In this document: positions 1 to 407 of the stretch, piece after piece
Numbering within the stretch: position 1 is the first letter of the stretch
Layout: each line of letters begins with the position of its first letter
DNA from: Escherichia coli
GTDB lineage: Bacteria > Pseudomonadota > Gammaproteobacteria > Enterobacterales > Enterobacteriaceae
NCBI RefSeq assembly: GCF_003334255.1
Contig: NZ_QOWU01000246.1
Reading direction: 5' to 3' (one strand)
DNA length: 407 nucleotides
Notes under the pieces: generated by a model
Seen by the model: the letters and a program-made list of their open reading frames with translations, nothing else
Told to the model about the DNA's origin: nothing
Database searches by the model: none
Program-made: the position numbers and the translations under genes

Positions 1-72
1 TTGTAAATCCCCGTGAAGGCAGATGCGTGCCAGTGGCGGTGACGCCAGACAGAATGCGTTCGTCGTTGCCAT
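1..72 (-). CDS. I: Phage tail assembly protein I homolog (lambda gpI family), N-terminal 24 codons only; continues beyond window position 1
   Basis: An ATG at + 72..70 (minus strand) opens a frame reading MATTNAFCLASPPLARICLHGDLQ up to the window edge. This resembles the N-terminus of lambda gpI as I recall it (roughly MAATHTLPLASPGMARICLYGDLQ...). It is in a different frame from K and overlaps K's 3' end, as in phage lambda. A purine-rich Shine-Dalgarno-like tract lies upstream. Confidence 0.75.
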   Translation of the reverse strand, partial: MATTNAFCLASPPLARICLHGDLQ

Positions 73-407
73 TTTTCGGAATACCTCTCCCGTTTACTCA
101 GTTGTTCAGGCAGATGGTGAAGCAGCTCACCGTTGCCGCAGTAAATGGCGGCATGGTTGGCCACCGATGCGCCAAAGCAGCACAGCAGAATATCGCCCGC
201 CTGTGCAGAGGACAGGGGCACCCGGTAAAAGCCCGTGGCCTCCATATTGTCCAGGTACAGGTTCTGGCCGTTGCGCCACCACTCATCCTCGCGGTGAAAA
301 TCCGGCATCTCAGTCCCCGCCAGATGGTAGGCATCCCGGAACAGCGTGTAACAGTCCGTCACCCCGTGCTCAAAGCGCCGTCCTGTCAGATGTGGCACAC
401 AGCGGAA
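1..407 (-). CDS. K: Phage tail(-tip) assembly protein K homolog (lambda gpK family), C-terminal NlpC/P60 (C40 peptidase-like) domain; internal fragment, truncated at both window edges
   Basis: Reverse-complement frame beginning at + position 407 is open for all 135 codons: FRCVPHLTGRRFEHGVTDCYTLFRDAYHLAGTEMPDFHREDEWWRNGQNLYLDNMEATGFYRVPLSSAQAGDILLCCFGASVANHAAIYCGNGELLHHLPEQLSKRERYSEKWQRRTHSVWRHRHWHASAFTGIY. It contains an NlpC/P60-like arrangement: Cys in TDCYTLF (+351..353), His in ANHAAIYCG (+153..155), and a second His 12 residues later in ELLHHLP (+117..119). The sequence closely resembles the C-terminal part of lambda gpK as I recall it. Neither start nor stop lies in the window, which is why the ORF track did not report it. 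Confidence 0.85.
84..91 (-). promoter_or_regulatory. Shine-Dalgarno-like ribosome-binding site (GGGAGAGG on the minus strand) for the I start codon
   Basis: The minus strand reads ...aaacGGGAGAGGtattccgaaaaATGgca..., placing the purine tract 11 nt upstream of the I ATG. The spacing is on the long side for a canonical SD, and the tract lies inside the K coding sequence, so it is constrained by K codons as well. Confidence 0.45.

Noticed and set aside
134-153. Short inverted repeat tgccgc ... gcggca (6-bp stem, 8-nt loop) that could form a hairpin
   Set aside because: The stem is short and sits in the middle of the K coding sequence with no adjacent U-tract or obvious regulatory context. Inverted repeats of this size occur by chance in GC-rich coding DNA.
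276-283. Chi-like octamer (AGTGGTGG on the minus strand, versus Chi GCTGGTGG)
   Set aside because: Only 6 of 8 positions match and the first two positions differ, so it is not a functional Chi site. It arises from the Trp-Trp codons (TGGTGG) in the K frame.
98-334. 78-aa minus-strand ORF from the supplied track (MPTIWRGLRCRIFTARMSGG...)
   Set aside because: It lies entirely inside the K coding region in a different frame (shifted by one nucleotide). Its translation is rich in Arg, Cys, Trp, Thr and Ala, typical of an out-of-frame read of GC-rich coding DNA, and I recognise no homology. The K frame is longer, open across the whole window and has clear family resemblance, so this is most likely a spurious shadow ORF.
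1-407. Possibility that the window encodes a novel or undescribed system (defence system, toxin, CRISPR, mobile-element boundary)
   Set aside because: Every base is accounted for by two overlapping, recognisable lambdoid tail assembly genes. There are no repeats, no intergenic space and no unexplained ORFs, so nothing in the sequence supports a novel system.
1-407. Plus-strand coding potential
   Set aside because: No plus-strand ORF of meaningful length is reported in the track, and the strong minus-strand coding signal (135 codons without a stop, plus family resemblance) explains the sequence.

Overview
The whole 407-nt window is coding sequence on the minus strand and belongs to a lambdoid (lambda-like) phage or prophage tail-tip assembly module. 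One minus-strand frame is open across the entire window (135 sense codons, no stop) and encodes the C-terminal NlpC/P60 (C40 peptidase-like) domain of a protein I recognise as a homolog of lambda tail assembly protein K. A second minus-strand frame starts at an ATG (+ strand 72..70) inside the 3' end of K and encodes the first 24 residues of a lambda gpI-like tail assembly protein, MATTNAFCLASPPLARICLHGDLQ. This out-of-frame K/I overlap is the known lambda arrangement. GC content is about 58% by hand count (238/407). The 78-aa ORF in the supplied track (98..334, minus) is an alternate-frame artefact lying inside K. I see no RNA genes, CRISPR repeats, mobile-element ends or evidence of a novel system; this is a conserved, well-described tail morphogenesis region. 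All homology calls are from memory of the lambda proteins and need a database search to confirm.
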